A stretch of DNA of 63,799 nt, the filler included. It is 11 parts of 11 records of this genome, joined end to end, with 100 filler letters (N's around TTAATTAATTAA, not from the genome) between each part and the next. Parts side by side here need not be neighbours in the genome. Positions count along the whole stretch, not along the records: positions 60,316 to 63,799 come from SRR15195285_3253; 10 more parts are not named here. One strand, 5' to 3'. Below are positions 60,216 to 63,799 of this stretch, piece by piece; the stretch's first letter is position 1; each line of letters opens with the position of its first letter. The translations under genes and the position numbers were made by a program. A model generated the notes under the pieces. It saw only the letters and a list, made by a program, of their open reading frames with translations, did no database searches and was not told where the DNA came from.

Positions 60216-60315
60216 NNNNNNNNNNNNNNNNNNNNNNNNNNNNNNNNNNNNNNNNNNNNTTAATTAATTAANNNNNNNNNNNNNNNNNNNNNNNNNNNNN
60301 NNNNNNNNNNNNNNN
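60216..60315. other. Artificial contig linker
   Basis: N44-TTAATTAATTAA-N44. Confidence 0.98.
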
Positions 60316-60444
60316 CAGCAGCAGCAGCAGCAGCAGCAGCACGAGAGCGCCCTCCGCTGCGCCGTCCTGTGCGATGGCGCCCAGCAGAAGGACCGGGACC
60401 GGGGGCGGAACTGACCGGTCGGTACACGTTTGTCTTGCGCGCAG

Positions 60445-62364
60445 TACTCGACGATCCAGGCGGGCGAGATCAAGAAGAAGCTGGACAAGCACGAGGAGCT
60501 GCGGGCGAAGGCCGAGCGCAAAAACAAGGAGGTGGAGCTCGCGCACCAGCAGCTCGTCCTCAAATGCCTGAATGAAGCGGCCGAAAAGCGCATCAAGTTC
60601 GAGGGCAAGCTAGCTAAACGGAGCGGTGTGGACGGCAGCAAATCGCCCAAGCAGCGCATGTTCCTCCTGGTGCTCACACCACCGTTCGACGAAGAGCAGG
60701 GACCGAACTGGGAGCTCGTGCCGAAGATTACTCTCGAATACTATGACTCCAAGTGGGGCGTGCCGAAGGGTATCGTTTACCTGGACGAGCAAGCCACCAT
60801 CACCAGAGGCGACGGCAAAACCGTCCAGTGCAGCAGTGGCGTGAGTCTGCTAACTGCGCAGCTCTTCTGCACAGCCGCCGTCGATCGTGGGGCTTTCCGT
60901 AGTGCATGCATTCATCGCTGTGCGGAAACTCCTTTTGTGTGCGCGCAGGACCGGTTCACGAATTCGAAGACCACTGGCCTTCAGCTCGACATCACCGAAA
61001 CCTCCGCTGCAGCCAACGCCGACGGCGGTGATCGCGCCTACTACCTCAATTGCCCCGACGAGCCCACCCGCGAGGGTTGGTTCAACGCGCTGAGCGAGGT
61101 AATCACAACTGCGAAAAAGATGGCGAAGGCTTCAGCCAAGATCCAGTCTGCCGCTCGGGCCAAGAAGGATCGCGAGGAGTTCAAGGCCAAGCTGGCAGCG
61201 AAGAAGGACGCGGCACTCGGCTACACTGGAGCCGCACTGACTGCCTCGGCAGCCGCTGGCGCGACAATCTACGGGGCTGCGGCGCCAAAAGCCCAAGCAG
61301 CGTACGAGGAGGCCAAGAAACTTGCGGAAGCTTCCCACAAGCAACTTGATGCGGCCGTGGCTGAGAAGTACGCCAACGAAATATTCATGGAGATCGACTT
61401 TGGACAGGCACGGAGTGCGAACGGCATCGCATATGGGCAGCTGGTGCAGTGGTGGGCCGTGACCGGTGGCTGCGAGGTATCGGACGAGGATATCGCGGCG
61501 GGCAAAGCCATCTGGGAGGAAAAGGACACCGATGGAGCGGACGATGGGAAGGGCCTGTTCCTGGACGACTTCGTGTACGTCATAACGAAGATGCAGGACC
61601 AGGGGCTGCTCGACACCGCGTGGGCCGCTGTGGAGAAGAAGGCTGAAGCGGTCGGTGCGCAATGGGGAGAGCGGGCGGCTGCCTCAGTCACAGCGGGCAG
61701 CGCGGCGATGTACGCCGAGGGTGCACCGAAGGTGAAGGGGAAAATGGGTGCCATGAGCAAGAAGGGGAAGGAGCTCGGGGGCGGTTACCTGAACAAGGCT
61801 AAAGGGGCGGCGGCGGGTGTGACAGGAGCTGTGACAGGCTCAGCAATGTATGCTAAGATACAGCCATTAGCCGCGGATGCGTACGACGAGGTTAAGAAGA
61901 AGGCTGAGGCGACACACGCAGACCTGTCGGCAGCGGCCGCGAAAAAATACGCGGACGAAGTCTTCATGGAGATCGACTTCTCCTCTGCGAGAGTGGACGG
62001 AAGAGGTCTGGCATATTCTCAGCTCGTGCAGTGGTGGGCGGAGACTGGCGGTGTGGTGCCCTCGGATGCCGATATTGCCGCCGGGAAGGCAATATGGGAA
62101 ACGAAGGACACGGATGGCGCAGACAAAGGCGACGGTCTTATGATTGAAGACTTTGGCGTTGTCTTCACCGAGATGCAGGCAAAGGGCCTACTCGACACGG
62201 CATGGGGTGCCTTGGAGAAGAAGGCGAAGGTTGTTGGAACGCAATGGGGAGAGCGTGCAGGCTCCACGCTCGCGGCTGGCGCGGCGGCGGCCTACAACTC
62301 AGACACGGCAGAACGGGCAAAGGCGAAGGGCCAAGGGATGGTGGGTGGCGCAAGGTCAAAATGA
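60445..62364 (+). CDS. PH-domain, IQ-motif and duplicated EF-hand-like protein (5' end uncertain)
   Basis: PH motifs FEGKLAKR..KQRMFLL, LEYYD..PKGIVYL and RAYYLNC..REGWFNAL. IQ motif SAKIQSAARAKKDR. In-frame intron 60841-60948 and an internal ~130-aa duplication. Confidence 0.8.
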   Translation, partial: YSTIQAGEIKKKLDKHEELRAKAERKNKEVELAHQQLVLKCLNEAAEKRIKFEGKLAKRSGVDGSKSPKQRMFLLVLTPPFDEEQGPNWELVPKITLEYYDSKWGVPKGIVYLDEQATITRGDGKTVQCSSGVSLLTAQLFCTAAVDRGAFRSACIHRCAETPFVCAQDRFTNSKTTGLQLDITETSAAANADGGDRAYYLNCPDEPTREGWFNALSEVITTAKKMAKASAKIQSAARAKKDREEFKAKLAAKKDAALGYTGAALTASAAAGATIYGAAAPKAQAAYEEAKKLAEASHKQLDAAVAEKYANEIFMEIDFGQARSANGIAYGQLVQWWAVTGGCEVSDEDIAAGKAIWEEKDTDGADDGKGLFLDDFVYVITKMQDQGLLDTAWAAVEKKAEAVGAQWGERAAASVTAGSAAMYAEGAPKVKGKMGAMSKKGKELGGGYLNKAKGAAAGVTGAVTGSAMYAKIQPLAADAYDEVKKKAEATHADLSAAAAKKYADEVFMEIDFSSARVDGRGLAYSQLVQWWAETGGVVPSDADIAAGKAIWETKDTDGADKGDGLMIEDFGVVFTEMQAKGLLDTAWGALEKKAKVVGTQWGERAGSTLAAGAAAAYNSDTAERAKAKGQGMVGGARSK

Positions 62365-62508
62365 GGAATGCTGGAGGAATGAGCATCAGCGTGCACGAGC
62401 ACAGCATAGTACATCTAATGCAGACAGTAATGCAGCAGCTAGATTCTCCTTGCGTAATACAACAGTTGTTCCAACCTCCGCTATACCTGCTGGGGCGTCT
62501 CAGCTGAC

Positions 62509-63487
62509 TCACTCAAGCGAGGCTTTACTGACACCGGATCGCCCTTTGCCTTTCTTCACGGTGACGTCTTTCTTAACCCTCCGCTTGACTTTCTTTTTGC
62601 CGGTCTTCGGATCGATTACGACCACACGCTCCTCCTTGTCAGCCTTCCTCTTCTTCTTCGTATCCCTGCTGGTGCTGCCACTTCGGCGCGACCGGCTGCT
62701 GCGGCTACCGCGCCCCGGAGTTCCTGCTATTGAAGCAGGAACTTGCACTGTGAACGGCTGATTGGGCACAGCGCCAGCAGGAATCTGGACAGTCATCGGC
62801 TGGCCCGTGGATGGGACCACGATTTCGACGGACATGCCCGGTCCGGCAGTCGGCGGGCACATGATCTGCATTGGGCTGTATTCGGGGACCGCAGGAGGCT
62901 GGGCCGGCTGACCGTGGACGACAACACCACCGGGGTACTGCTGGTACGGCATGGCGCCACCCGCCTGGAGCCCCGGCGCCCCTGCCGCCATGCGCGGCAC
63001 CGGCTCGTACATATGGCTGGACTTCTCGACTGTCCCACCCGTCGTGTACACGACGCCGTCCTTGACGAGCCCCCCCAAGGTCTTCCAGAAGTGGGCGTTC
63101 GGCGGAGTGCCACCGTTCGTATACATGCCTCCCAAGATGTAAAGGCCGCACACACCACCGAGAGCTACGCAGAAAAAGGCGCCCCAAGACTCTTGCATCG
63201 CCATCTGGGTGCAGTGCACACCAACGCAGCCGGGGCCACCACCGTCGCCGCCCGGAGCAGGCGCTGGCCCCGGCCCAGGCGCGGGCGCGGGCCCGGGTGC
63301 TGGGTCAGGGCCGGGGGCTGGGGCCGGTGCTCCTTTACCCTGCTCCCCTTGCCATTCCACCCCGCCGGAGTCTCCGTAGTCCTGGCTGTTCCCCGACCAG
63401 CAGTTCGGTGGCGTCATCGGATCATCGGACCATTGCCAGACGTCGCAGTTCGCGTCCGCACAGCAGTTGCTCTTGCATTGGTCCGAG
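62509..63487 (-). CDS. Type I membrane protein: PAN/apple-like ectodomain, Pro-rich stalk, TM and M6PR/ATG27-like cytosolic motif (last exon only)
   Basis: CKSNCCADANCDVWQW..CW.G, then a TM segment FFCVALGGVCGLYILGG and PNAHFWKTLGGLVKDGVVYT. Splice acceptor at 63488; upstream exons lie off-window. Confidence 0.72.
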
Positions 63488-63592
63488 CTGCGGATCCATC
63501 CCAAGCCGCGGTCAGCAAATCACCCCATCTACCGTGTGCGTTACCCACCACCAGGAAAACGAAGGAAGGGCACACACTGCTGGAGGACGCAG

Positions 63593-63650
63593 TGACAGAC
63601 AGCCAGCCAGACAGCCAGCCAGACAGACAGACAGGCAGACAGGCAGACAG
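63593..63650. repeat. (AGAC/AGCC/AGGC)n microsatellite in intron
   Basis: gacagacagccagccagacagccagccagacagacagacaggcagacaggcagacag. Confidence 0.85.
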
Positions 63651-63770
63651 AACGAAACACACACACAAATACCCTCACTCACCCGCTCCGACCCCCCACA
63701 CATAACACACACTGAGGTTGTGCTCCTCTGCGGTGGATAGAGAGACACACCCACACCCACGCTGAGGTGA

Positions 63771-63799
63771 TCCATCCATCCATCCATCCATCCATCCAT
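63771..63799. repeat. (TCCA)n microsatellite at window end
   Basis: tccatccatccatccatccatccatccat. Confidence 0.9.

Noticed and set aside
60374-60444. Ultra-short 23-nt intron (60422-60444) linking ATG 60374 to the PH-IQ gene
   Set aside because: It restores frame, but all other introns here are about 74 nt or longer. More likely the real donor lies further upstream or beyond the contig break.

Overview
This is eukaryotic, GC-rich, gene-dense DNA, and it is not one continuous locus. Eleven short contigs are joined by ten artificial 100-nt linkers (N44-TTAATTAATTAA-N44), so gene neighbourhood only has meaning within a contig. Genes carry short GT-AG spliceosomal introns (~75-180 nt; donors often GTGCG/GTGAG/GTAAG). 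The style suggests an uncultured heterotrophic protist SAG/MAG, possibly Picozoa-like (unverified impression). About 21 protein-coding genes can be modelled: two CRAL-TRIO proteins, two PhyH-type dioxygenases, a GH28, a DnaJ-thioredoxin, a kinesin, a RecQ, a TPR protein, an enolase-superfamily enzyme, a methyltransferase, an F-box protein, a DsbA-pirin, two PH proteins, a PUF protein, an adenosine deaminase and several membrane or secreted proteins. I found no rRNA, tRNA, CRISPR array or transposase. Most notable: (1) a conserved 16-bp motif (consensus CTCAACCTGGGCACTG) about 130-230 bp from start codons in promoter regions of four separate contigs; (2) a putative lipid-sensing transcription factor (CG-1/NAC-like DNA-binding domain plus CRAL-TRIO); (3) several unusual domain fusions (U-box-RecQ, TTLL12 SET-like domain-Rossmann methyltransferase, DsbA-pirin, transmembrane kinesin-3-like, SAP-methyltransferase-like); (4) a secreted, intron-containing DUF3626-like protein. 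All domain calls are by-eye motif recognition and need HMM or structure confirmation.
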